Source of the DNA: Candidatus Micrarchaeota archaeon
GTDB lineage: Archaea > B1Sed10-29
Direction: 5' to 3'
Length of the DNA: 19,125 nt
Assembly (NCBI GenBank): GCA_964388265.1
Contig: CAYLXZ010000001.1
Location: 4,933-24,057 of the forward strand
Part shown: in pieces, positions 7,837 through 15,921 of the stretch
Numbering within the stretch: the stretch's first letter is position 1
Layout of the letters: every line of letters starts with the position of its first letter
Made by a program: the position numbers and the translations under genes
Notes under the pieces: model-generated
The model's input: only the letters and a program-made list of their open reading frames with translations
Database searches by the model: none
Told to the model about the DNA's origin: nothing

Positions 7837-9162
7837 ATGACATACACCGAAAAAATCCAGAAGAAGCTGAAAGAAGAAAACATATCCACGATGGACAGAA
7901 TCAAAGTAGAAAAACAAGAAAACACCTACAAAGGAACACTGATGCCTAACACAGCAATGAGCGATCCAGAATCCCTTACAATAAAACTAGATAACGGATA
8001 CAACATAGGAATAGAATACAGCAACCAAACCAAGATAAAGAAACTAGAAACCATAGAGAAAAAACAGAAAAGAACAGAGATAGAACAAGATGAATCCAAA
8101 CCACCTATATCAATTCTTTCAACAGGAGGAACAATCTCCAGCAAAGTAGACTACGAAACAGGAGGAGTAAAACCAGCTTTAACCGCTGAAGAGATAATAG
8201 CCGATATCCCAGAAGTCACAGACCACGCTTACATCCGAAACTACGAGCAAATAACACAGAAACTCAGCGAAGACATAGACTCCGAAACATGGAAAGAAAT
8301 CGCAGAAGCCGTAAAGAAAGAACTTAACAACGGGTCAAGAGGAGTAATAATAACACACGGAACCGACACAATGCACTACACATCAGCAGCACTATCCTTC
8401 ATGCTAGAAGACCTTTCAAAACCAGTAGTGTTAACAGGAGCGCAAAGATCAATAGATAGAGGATCAACAGACGCAGCCATGAACCTAACCTGCTCCGCAA
8501 TAGCCGCAGCAAAGAGCGATATAGGAGAAGTAGGTATAGTGATGCATGACACCATGAATGACGATCACTGCAACTACATCAGAGGAGTAAACGCAAAGAA
8601 GATGCACACAAGCAGAAGAGACACATTCAGACCAATAAACGACCTGCCAATAGCCAAGATAAAGCCAAACGGAGAAATAGAAGAAATCCAGGACCACGTA
8701 GAATACAAAAACAAAGAAACAAAAACCAGAGCACGGTTCGAAGAAAAAGTAACCATACTAAAAGCCTATCCAGAATCAGATCCAGATATAATAAACCACT
8801 ATGAGGAAAAAGACTACAAAGGATACATCATAGAAGGCACAGGACTAGGACACGTACCAACACAAGCAGAAAAAACATGGATACCCAAGATAAAACAATT
8901 AACAAAGGAAGGAAAACCCGTTATAGGAACATCACAATGCACCTACGGACGAGTCAACCCAAACGTATACGCCAACCTAAGAAAACTATACCACGAAGCC
9001 GGAGCAACACCAGGAGAAAACATGACAACCGAAACAGCGTACGTGAAGCTAGGATGGCTCCTCGCAACAGAAAATAACCAAGATAAAATTAAAGAAAAAA
9101 TGCAGAAAGATCTGAGAGGAGAGATAAAAGACAGATCTCTACCAAATACATTCTTATATTGA
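7837..9162 (+). CDS. gatD: Glu-tRNA(Gln) amidotransferase subunit D
   Basis: N-terminal IKLDNGYNIG domain plus asparaginase-like motifs STGGTISSKVDY, THGTDT, GAQRS.DR, KKMHTSRRD, GTGLGH, SQC.YGRV..NVY and ETAYVKL.W. Confidence 0.97.
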   Translation: MTYTEKIQKKLKEENISTMDRIKVEKQENTYKGTLMPNTAMSDPESLTIKLDNGYNIGIEYSNQTKIKKLETIEKKQKRTEIEQDESKPPISILSTGGTISSKVDYETGGVKPALTAEEIIADIPEVTDHAYIRNYEQITQKLSEDIDSETWKEIAEAVKKELNNGSRGVIITHGTDTMHYTSAALSFMLEDLSKPVVLTGAQRSIDRGSTDAAMNLTCSAIAAAKSDIGEVGIVMHDTMNDDHCNYIRGVNAKKMHTSRRDTFRPINDLPIAKIKPNGEIEEIQDHVEYKNKETKTRARFEEKVTILKAYPESDPDIINHYEEKDYKGYIIEGTGLGHVPTQAEKTWIPKIKQLTKEGKPVIGTSQCTYGRVNPNVYANLRKLYHEAGATPGENMTTETAYVKLGWLLATENNQDKIKEKMQKDLRGEIKDRSLPNTFLY

Positions 9163-9173
9163 GGTGGTTGAAC

Positions 9174-9743
9174 TTGAATGCTGGAGACGAAGACCAAAGA
9201 ATCGTGATTGGTTTAACCGGGTACCACAGATCCGGAAAAGACACAGTAGCCGACTACATAGAAGAAGAATACGGGTTCAACACCCTGACCTTCTCCGACG
9301 CCTTGAAAAAGAGACTAAAAGAGAAAGGTAAAGAGATAACCAAGATGAATATGTCCAAAGAAGGAGACGAATTAAGAGAAGAAGCAGGAAGAGCAGCAAT
9401 AGCAAAAGTACTCTACGGGATGATAGAAGAAAAAGGATGGAAGAAAGTAGTTATGAACGGGTTCCTATCCCCAGAAGAAGTGGACTACATCAGGAACGAG
9501 GTCATGAACTTCCATCTAATAGAAGTGCAAGCAGCACCAATGAAGAGATTCAAAAGAAGAAGCGAAGACGAACCAGACAACGAAGAAGAATTCTTCGAAA
9601 GAGACGAAAGAGATAAAGAACTAAAGGGCGCGGACAAGGTCATGGAGATGAGTGACTACGTAATACACAACAACTCAGACCTAGAAAACCTACACCAAGA
9701 AGTGGACTACGTCATGGCCGACATAGGCATAGACAAAAAGTGA
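9174..9743 (+). CDS. P-loop nucleotide kinase, dephospho-CoA-kinase-like (UPF0200-like)
   Basis: VIGLTGYHRSGKDTVA Walker A, TFSD, G.ELRE..G, RFKR...R lid, ERDERD, DYVIHNNSDLE.L. The start is placed at TTG 9174 behind a GAGGTG SD overlapping the gatD stop; alternative TTGs are at 9159 and 9168. Confidence 0.8.
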   Translation: MNAGDEDQRIVIGLTGYHRSGKDTVADYIEEEYGFNTLTFSDALKKRLKEKGKEITKMNMSKEGDELREEAGRAAIAKVLYGMIEEKGWKKVVMNGFLSPEEVDYIRNEVMNFHLIEVQAAPMKRFKRRSEDEPDNEEEFFERDERDKELKGADKVMEMSDYVIHNNSDLENLHQEVDYVMADIGIDKK

Positions 9744-9749
9744 TGAAAA

Positions 9750-11621
9750 ATGAAGAAAGACCCGGACTACAAAGAACTAGGATTAAAAGTAGGGCTGGAG
9801 TTCCATCAACGCCTGGACACGGATAAACTGTTCTGCAGCTGCAGCTCCCAGGTAAAAGACCAAGAACCTGAGAAAAAAATAGAGAGACAGATAAGGCCGT
9901 CAGCCGGAGAACTCGGAGAAACCGACCCCGCAGCACTAAAAGAAGCTATAAAAGGAAAGAACTTCATCTACGACATACACAAAGACTCCACATGTCTAGT
10001 TGAAACAGATTCAGAGCCACCTCACCCAATAGACAACGAAGCATTCAATCTATCACTCAAAATAGCCAAGATGCTTAACTGCAAGCTACACGACGAGATA
10101 CACGTAATGAGAAAAACCGTGGTAGACGGATCAAACACCACAGGATTTCAAAGAACCGCGATGATAGGACAAGAAGGACACATAGACAAACCAGTGGAAA
10201 CAGAGATAGAAGGAGTATTCCTAGAAGAAGAATCAGCAGGCATAGTAGGAGAAACCAAGGGAAAGAAGGAGTACAGGCTAGATCGACTGGGAATACCGCT
10301 AGTTGAGATAGCAACAGGAATAATACAAGGAAAACCAGAAGAGATCAAAGAAACAGCCCTGAGAATAGGAACCATGCTGAGAACCACGGGGAAAGTAAAA
10401 AGAGGCTTAGGAACCATTAGACAAGATTTAAATATATCCATAGAGAAAGGGAACAGAGTAGAAGTCAAAGGAGTACAAGAAATAGACTTACTAGAAGAAA
10501 TGATACGCAACGAAGTCAAAAGACAGATTAAACTAATCGAAATTAAAGAAGAGTTATCTTCACGAGGAATAGAAGAAATAGATCCCGAGATAAAAGATTT
10601 CACTGAATATTTCGAAGAAAGAGCCCCTGGATTCATGAAAAAAGCCATAGAAAAAGGCGGAGGAGTATACGGATACATCCTAGAGAACTTCAAAGGAATT
10701 CTAGGAAAAGAACTACTACCAGACCATAGATTCGGAACAGAACTAGCAGATATAGCCAAGACACTAGGAATAAAAGGAATAATCCACACAGACGAAGACC
10801 TCTCAAGCTACGGAATAGAAGAAAACATCGAAGAGATAAAAATAGAAGAAGATCTAGATGAAGAAGACAGCATCTTAATAATATCTCACAAGGATCCAGA
10901 GAAAGCTAAAGATGTTTTAAGAGAAATAAGGAAGAGAATAAATCAAGCCACTGAAGAAGTTCCACAAGAGACTAGAAAAGCTCTTGAAGATGGAACCACA
11001 CAGTACCTCAGACCGCTTGGCGGAGAGAAGAGAATGTATCCGGAGACGGATATCCCAGCGGTTAAGCTAACTTCCGAGCACCGTGAAAGAGCAGAGGAGA
11101 TTCCACCAGAGCCGGAGGAGATAGTTAAATCCTTGGAAGAATCAGGAATGAGTGAGGAACTAGCTAATCAATCTCTAAAATCACCTTACATAAACGTGAT
11201 CAGAAACCTTATTGAGGAGATGGATGTGGATCCAACTACTGTAGCCACCACATTCACAGCTAAGATAAAAGAAATCGAAGAAAACATAGATCAACTCACG
11301 GAAGAGCACTTCAGAGAGATATTCAGAGCCCTAGAAGAAGATAAGTTCCCGAAAGACGGGTTAAAAGAAGTTTTGAAAGCAAAATCAAAGGACAAAGATA
11401 CTGATATAGAGAGATTAATAGAAGAAAAGAATCTAGGTAAGGTTTCAGAGGAAGAGATAGAGGAAGCTATTGAAAAGAAGATAGAAGAGAAAAAAGATCT
11501 CGTGGAAGAGAATTCACATAGAGCCTTCAAGGTAATAATGGGAGAGATCATGAGCCAATATCAAGGTAAGGTCAATGGAGAAACAGTATCTAAGATTCTT
11601 AAACAGAGACTCAATCAATGA
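9750..11621 (+). CDS. gatE: Glu-tRNA(Gln) amidotransferase subunit E
   Basis: DYKELGLKVGLEFHQRL, KLFCSC, CLVETDSEPPH, MRKTVVDGSNTTGFQRT, LDRLGIPLVEIAT, RGLGTIRQDLNISI, an AspRS-like insertion with IIHTDE, RMYPETDIP and a YqeY-like tail MGEIM...GK. Confidence 0.98.
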   Translation: MKKDPDYKELGLKVGLEFHQRLDTDKLFCSCSSQVKDQEPEKKIERQIRPSAGELGETDPAALKEAIKGKNFIYDIHKDSTCLVETDSEPPHPIDNEAFNLSLKIAKMLNCKLHDEIHVMRKTVVDGSNTTGFQRTAMIGQEGHIDKPVETEIEGVFLEEESAGIVGETKGKKEYRLDRLGIPLVEIATGIIQGKPEEIKETALRIGTMLRTTGKVKRGLGTIRQDLNISIEKGNRVEVKGVQEIDLLEEMIRNEVKRQIKLIEIKEELSSRGIEEIDPEIKDFTEYFEERAPGFMKKAIEKGGGVYGYILENFKGILGKELLPDHRFGTELADIAKTLGIKGIIHTDEDLSSYGIEENIEEIKIEEDLDEEDSILIISHKDPEKAKDVLREIRKRINQATEEVPQETRKALEDGTTQYLRPLGGEKRMYPETDIPAVKLTSEHRERAEEIPPEPEEIVKSLEESGMSEELANQSLKSPYINVIRNLIEEMDVDPTTVATTFTAKIKEIEENIDQLTEEHFREIFRALEEDKFPKDGLKEVLKAKSKDKDTDIERLIEEKNLGKVSEEEIEEAIEKKIEEKKDLVEENSHRAFKVIMGEIMSQYQGKVNGETVSKILKQRLNQ

Positions 11622-11623
11622 AA

Positions 11624-12541
11624 TTAGGAATTTACCTTAATTCTCTTTTTCATCTTACACGCCTTACATACCTCTCCACTGGTGGGCTCTCCACATTCAC
11701 TGCATTCGTTTATCTCTCCAGTTTCTTTTTTATAGTGTTTTCTGAGGGCTGGTAGCATCTTATCGTAGCTGGATAGGATGGAGAACTTTGCTCCAGGTTG
11801 GTTTCTCTCTAGGTTGTTTAAGTAGTTTCTTGTTGAGAGCCTGTAATCTGAGTTGGCGTAGGGGCATCCTTTATCCTCGAAGTCTATGTTATTAACTAAG
11901 GCGTATACGGTGTTTTCTTTTTCAGAGCATCTTCTTATTGGCTTTATCCGTGGAATGAATTTTTCATGGTTCTTGAAACCGGTTACTGGACCCATTCTAG
12001 CCAGTCTCTTTGGTTCTCCACGTATGATGTTCATGAAAACTGTCTGGGTTTCATCATCGAGGTTATGGCCTGTGGCTATCTTATCGCAGTCTAGTTCTCT
12101 TGCTTTCTTGTTCAGTAGCTGTCGTCTGAATACTCCGCAGTAGCTGCATGAGTCTTCTTCCTCTTCTTCAGTTATTTCGTCTATCGTGGCTCCGTATTCT
12201 TCTCTATAGGAGTATATCTCTAGGTCTATATCTTTATCTTGGGCGAATTTCTTGGTCTTTTTCAGGGCTTTATCTCTGTATCCTTTGACACCTTCGTTCA
12301 CCGTGATAATAACTAGATTTCTATGTAGCTTGTTAAGAACGTTAGCCATGCTGAGTGAGTCTTTCCCACCTGAAACCGCTAGAGCTAGTCTATCATCTGT
12401 CTCTAGCATGTTGTATTTCCTCAGAGTCTTTCTAACTCTTTTTTCATAGAGTTGAGAAAAGCAGTTTCCACAGTATCTTTCATCCATGTACTTCAGGTCT
12501 ATAACTGCTTCGTTTTCTCCGCATTTACTACATTTAATCAT
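11624..12541 (-). CDS. ncsA: tRNA 2-thiolation protein, NcsA/TtuA/Ncs6 family
   Basis: N-terminal CSKC..CGNC zinc finger, PP-loop AVSGGKDS, CSYCGVFRR, ATGHNLDDE, PRIKP, CPYA and C-terminal CSECGEPTSGEVCKAC. Whether it targets U34 (NcsA) or U54 (TtuA) cannot be decided from sequence alone. Confidence 0.9.
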   Translation of the reverse strand: MIKCSKCGENEAVIDLKYMDERYCGNCFSQLYEKRVRKTLRKYNMLETDDRLALAVSGGKDSLSMANVLNKLHRNLVIITVNEGVKGYRDKALKKTKKFAQDKDIDLEIYSYREEYGATIDEITEEEEEDSCSYCGVFRRQLLNKKARELDCDKIATGHNLDDETQTVFMNIIRGEPKRLARMGPVTGFKNHEKFIPRIKPIRRCSEKENTVYALVNNIDFEDKGCPYANSDYRLSTRNYLNNLERNQPGAKFSILSSYDKMLPALRKHYKKETGEINECSECGEPTSGEVCKACKMKKRIKVNS

Positions 12542-12688
12542 TTAACCACTGCTCGTGACTGAGTATACTTTGATTTCATCGTTCTCTTTTATTTTTCTTT
12601 CTTCAACCACTGGTTTGCCGTTGATTGTTACTACATGGGTAACTGGATTCAGGTTTTTTTCTTCTAGCAGGTCTTTTACTTCCTTCAT
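12542..12688 (-). CDS. Small ubiquitin-like (ThiS/MoaD/SAMP/TtuB-type) protein, 48 aa, ending in -SSG
   Basis: Manual translation: MKEVKDLLEEKNLNPVTHVVTINGKPVVEERKIKENDEIKVYSVTSSG*. It fits the V.DLL..L.L.P....V..NG..V.....I...DEI.....S.G pattern. The ATG is 1 nt after the ACT-gene stop and its TAA directly abuts the ncsA ATG. Not in the ORF track. Confidence 0.85.
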   Translation of the reverse strand: MKEVKDLLEEKNLNPVTHVVTINGKPVVEERKIKENDEIKVYSVTSSG

Positions 12689-12689
12689 T

Positions 12690-13070
12690 TTATTCACTGG
12701 TTATTCTTCTTGTTTTCTCCATGTCATCGGTCCTTAGAGCTATCTTTAGTTCGTTATCCACTCTTTCTATGATGTAGATGGACTCGATGTTTATGTCTTT
12801 ATGTGCTAGTTTCCTTGTTAGTTTACCTAGTTCTCCTGGCCGGTCTCTAAGTGTAACGGAGAGAATGTCGGTTACTTCTGGTTTGAATCCAGATTTCTTT
12901 AACGATCTTTCTGCTGTTTCAGGGTCACTAGTAACGAAATGGAAGGTTCCTTTGGAATCCAGGCCTTTACCGAACATCGCGTCTATGTTAACTCCTACTT
13001 TGCCTAGTTCTGTGCAGGTTTTAGCTAGTTTACCTGGTTTGTTCTCTAAATCTAGTGTAATTGGTGTAAT
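12690..13070 (-). CDS. Tandem ACT-domain (amino-acid-binding) protein, probably starting at ATT
   Basis: The frame extends 31 codons upstream of the ORF-track ATG (12977) as ITPITLDLENKPGKLAKTCTELGKVGVNIDA, a first ACT repeat paralleling LSVTLRDRPGELGKLTRKLAHKDINIES. There is no ATG, GTG or TTG up to the in-frame TGA at 13098-13100. The SD GAGGTGA(T) is at 13081-13074. Confidence 0.85.
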   Translation of the reverse strand: MTPITLDLENKPGKLAKTCTELGKVGVNIDAMFGKGLDSKGTFHFVTSDPETAERSLKKSGFKPEVTDILSVTLRDRPGELGKLTRKLAHKDINIESIYIIERVDNELKIALRTDDMEKTRRITSE

Positions 13071-13086
13071 CGAATCACCTCGGTTT

Positions 13087-13827
13087 TTATTGGTCTTTCA
13101 GGATCTTTGAATCTTTCCATACTACGTCTAGGAAGTTTTTAACGTGCTGTGCCATCTCTTCGTTGTCCACCCATACTCCTACTGCTGGTAGCTTGGGTGC
13201 TATTATAACTTCCTCTTCATCTGAAACTATGTCTATTCCATGGATCTTCTCTCTTGTTCTTACCATGGCTACCTCTCTCAGTTCTTCGAACTCTTCGTTT
13301 TCTTCTGTTGATATTTTTATCTTTACTCCTTTTTTCTTTGCTTCCTCCAGGTCTTCGTACAGTTCCTGTATGAATATGTCTGCGTCGGGTGAATTTATGA
13401 ATAATTGGTTGTCTGCTCGGTCTATAACGTCCTTCATTTTCTTTATAACTGAATCATATCCTTTTACTCCCCATACTAGGGTTGGGAAGGTATCTGCCTT
13501 TTCTTCTCCCTGTAAATCATTCAGTTTACCTATTGCGTCCTCTCTAGATCTCTCTAGCTTCTTTTTCTTCTGTTCTTCTATCTCTTTCAACGTGTTCTCA
13601 GGATCCAGTGCCTTGAATAGCTGTGGTCTGCCTTTCTGAACTTCTACTAGTCCTTTCTTGTTCAGTTTCTCCAGAACGGAGTACAGGTTGGATCTTGGGA
13701 CATCGCAGAGTTGAGATAACTCAGTTACTGAGGATGCTTTTCCTGCTGAAACTAATGCGGCGTAGGCTTTTGACTCGTATTCGGATAAGCCGAAGTTCTC
13801 AAGGTCATCTATTAATTCAGAGTTCAA
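13087..13827 (-). CDS. trmB: TrmB family transcriptional regulator
   Basis: LENFGLSEYESKAYAALV..G......ELSQLCDVPRSNLYSVLEKL.KKGLVE...GRP..F.A..P wHTH, followed by an effector domain (A...L.I, GVKIKI, IVSDEEE). The start is moved to TTG 13827, 6 nt after GGAGGT. Confidence 0.9.
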   Translation of the reverse strand: MNSELIDDLENFGLSEYESKAYAALVSAGKASSVTELSQLCDVPRSNLYSVLEKLNKKGLVEVQKGRPQLFKALDPENTLKEIEEQKKKKLERSREDAIGKLNDLQGEEKADTFPTLVWGVKGYDSVIKKMKDVIDRADNQLFINSPDADIFIQELYEDLEEAKKKGVKIKISTEENEEFEELREVAMVRTREKIHGIDIVSDEEEVIIAPKLPAVGVWVDNEEMAQHVKNFLDVVWKDSKILKDQ

Positions 13828-13847
13828 CTGGATACCTCCCAATGCTG

Positions 13848-13893
13848 TTGTTGTGGTTACAACAATATATTTTTTAAGGTTCTACATTATAAA
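13848..13893. promoter_or_regulatory. Divergent trmB/tes promoter with perfect palindrome TTGTTGT-GGTT-ACAACAA
   Basis: Inverted repeat at 13848-13865, plus-strand TTTTTAAG at 13871-13878 (for tes), minus-strand TTTATAAT at 13893-13886 (for trmB). Confidence 0.6.
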
Positions 13894-13906
13894 GGTATCT
13901 GGTAAG

Positions 13907-15694
13907 ATGGATATCCGGAGAGAGAAAATCTACCCAGAAGACGATTTAGCTAACACTGAATACGGAGACATATCAATTAGCAAGAACGCAGGAGTAGACG
14001 AAGAAAACATAGAGAGTTTTATAGACTCCTTGATAGAGGAAGGAGAAACTCCTTTCAGGTTAGTGGAGTCACTCTGCCCTGAATGCGCTGAAGAGGAAAA
14101 GTTCAGCAAAATGAAGCTACCAGCCGTCCTATACGTGGAAGACGAGAAAGTTAAGATGAAGAAAGAGTGCTCAGAACATGGGTTGACTGAATCTATTTAC
14201 TGGGAAAATGCGGACATGTACTTCGAAGCCTCCAGACACAGTGACTGGAAAGGAGTAAGGCGAGAAAATCCGGATATTGACATAGATGAAGAAAACGTGA
14301 ACTGTCCCATGAACTGCGGAATATGCAGCAAACACAAATCTCACACCAATCTAGGGAATATCGCTGTGACCAATAGATGTCCATTAAACTGCTTCTACTG
14401 CTTCTTCTTCGCAAAAGAAGGAGAACCAATCTACGAACCAAGTCAAGCGCAGATAAGAGATATGTTAAAGCAGATGAAACAGGAAGAGCCAGTGGGAACC
14501 AACGCAGTGCAGATAACAGGAGGAGAACCACTAGTAAGAGATGACATAACCGATGTGGTTAAAATAGCTAAAGAAGAAGGATACGACCACGTACAAATCA
14601 ACACCGAAGGAATCGACATATCACAAGATCCAGAGCTAACGCAGGAACTCGTAGATGCAGGAGCCAACGTATTCTACCTGAGCTTTGATGGGCCAGACCC
14701 AGAAGTAAATCCAAAGAACTACTGGGAAGCCCCAGACGCAATACAGAACTTCAGAGAAGCAGGCGCTGGAGTAGTATTCGTGCCAACAATCATAAACGGA
14801 CATAACGATGACCAAGTAGGAGACATACTTAGATTCGCAGCACAAAACGTGGACACCGTGAGAGGAATAAGCTACCAGCCAGTTAGCCTAGTAGGAAGAA
14901 TGCCAAAAAGCCAAAGAGAAAAACAAAGAATCACAAACCCAGGCGTGATAAATAAAATCGAAGAACAGACAGACGGAGCACTAAAAAAAGAAGACTGGTA
15001 CCCAATACCCTCAGTAACACAGATAAGCGACCTTATAGGCCAATTCACAGGAGAAGAAGAATACAGACTAAGCCCACACTTCGCCTGCGGAATGGCAACA
15101 TACGTATTCATAGACGAAGAAAACAATGAAATAGTTCCGATCACAAGATTCCTAGATGTCGATGGACTATTCAAATACATAGAGAAACTCAACAAGAAAG
15201 TAGAAGGATCAACATTCAAGAAACTTGCCAAAACAACAGCAGGAGTAAAACTACTGCTTAAAATAAGGAAGTTCATAGACGAGGAAAAACAACCTGAAGG
15301 ACTAAACCTAAAGAAAGCATTGAGAAAAGCCATAACGGCAAGGGACTACAGAGCACTATCAGAGTTCCATCACAAATCACTATTCGTTGGGATGATGCAC
15401 TTCCAAGACCCATACAACTACGACGTGGACAGAGTAGAAAGATGCGTGATACACTACGCAATGCCAGACAACAGAGTAATTCCATTCTGCGCATTCAACG
15501 TGCTACCAGAACTGTACAGAGACAAAGTGCAGAGAAGATTCAGCATGGAGCCAGAGGAATGGGAAGAAAGAACAGGAAAGGAACTCAAGAACGACAACTA
15601 CATCCGAGACCTATCAGAAGAAGAAAAACAAAGGATCCATGACTACTACGAAGAACAGCTTTCAAAAGCTCCAGGAGGACAACAGAATGACTGA
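13907..15694 (+). CDS. tes: Tetraether lipid synthase (Tes/GDGT-MAS, MJ0619 family) radical SAM enzyme
   Basis: SLCPEC...KECSEHG rubredoxin-like site, CPMNCGICSKH auxiliary-cluster motif, VTNRCPLNCFYCFF radical SAM motif, QITGGEP, YLSFDG, QPVSLVGR, HFACG, MHFQDPYNYDVDRVERCVIHYA.PD.R.IPFCAFN. Start moved to ATG 13907 (595 aa). Confidence 0.88.
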   Translation: MDIRREKIYPEDDLANTEYGDISISKNAGVDEENIESFIDSLIEEGETPFRLVESLCPECAEEEKFSKMKLPAVLYVEDEKVKMKKECSEHGLTESIYWENADMYFEASRHSDWKGVRRENPDIDIDEENVNCPMNCGICSKHKSHTNLGNIAVTNRCPLNCFYCFFFAKEGEPIYEPSQAQIRDMLKQMKQEEPVGTNAVQITGGEPLVRDDITDVVKIAKEEGYDHVQINTEGIDISQDPELTQELVDAGANVFYLSFDGPDPEVNPKNYWEAPDAIQNFREAGAGVVFVPTIINGHNDDQVGDILRFAAQNVDTVRGISYQPVSLVGRMPKSQREKQRITNPGVINKIEEQTDGALKKEDWYPIPSVTQISDLIGQFTGEEEYRLSPHFACGMATYVFIDEENNEIVPITRFLDVDGLFKYIEKLNKKVEGSTFKKLAKTTAGVKLLLKIRKFIDEEKQPEGLNLKKALRKAITARDYRALSEFHHKSLFVGMMHFQDPYNYDVDRVERCVIHYAMPDNRVIPFCAFNVLPELYRDKVQRRFSMEPEEWEERTGKELKNDNYIRDLSEEEKQRIHDYYEEQLSKAPGGQQND

Positions 15695-15920
15695 AGCCTG
15701 GGTAGTTCAAGGATACAAAGACGAAGAATGGAAAGACATGAGCACAGAATGGAGAGACAAAAAACCCAGCAAAACACAAGCACTTCACCTATTCAAAGGA
15801 GTAAAAGATGAATTCAAGTCAATTCGGTTAATAAGAAGAACTGAAGAAGGAAAAAGAGTTCTATGGGAGAACAAAGACCTCCTAAACCAACAGATACCTA
15901 TAGAAACAGTCAGGGATTAA
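15687..15920 (+). CDS. Hypothetical protein (77 aa), translationally coupled to tes
   Basis: ATG 15687 overlaps the tes stop by 8 nt and has a GGAGG SD at 15674-15678. Codon usage is host-like. Confidence 0.65.
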   Translation: MTEAWVVQGYKDEEWKDMSTEWRDKKPSKTQALHLFKGVKDEFKSIRLIRRTEEGKRVLWENKDLLNQQIPIETVRD

Positions 15921-15921
15921 C

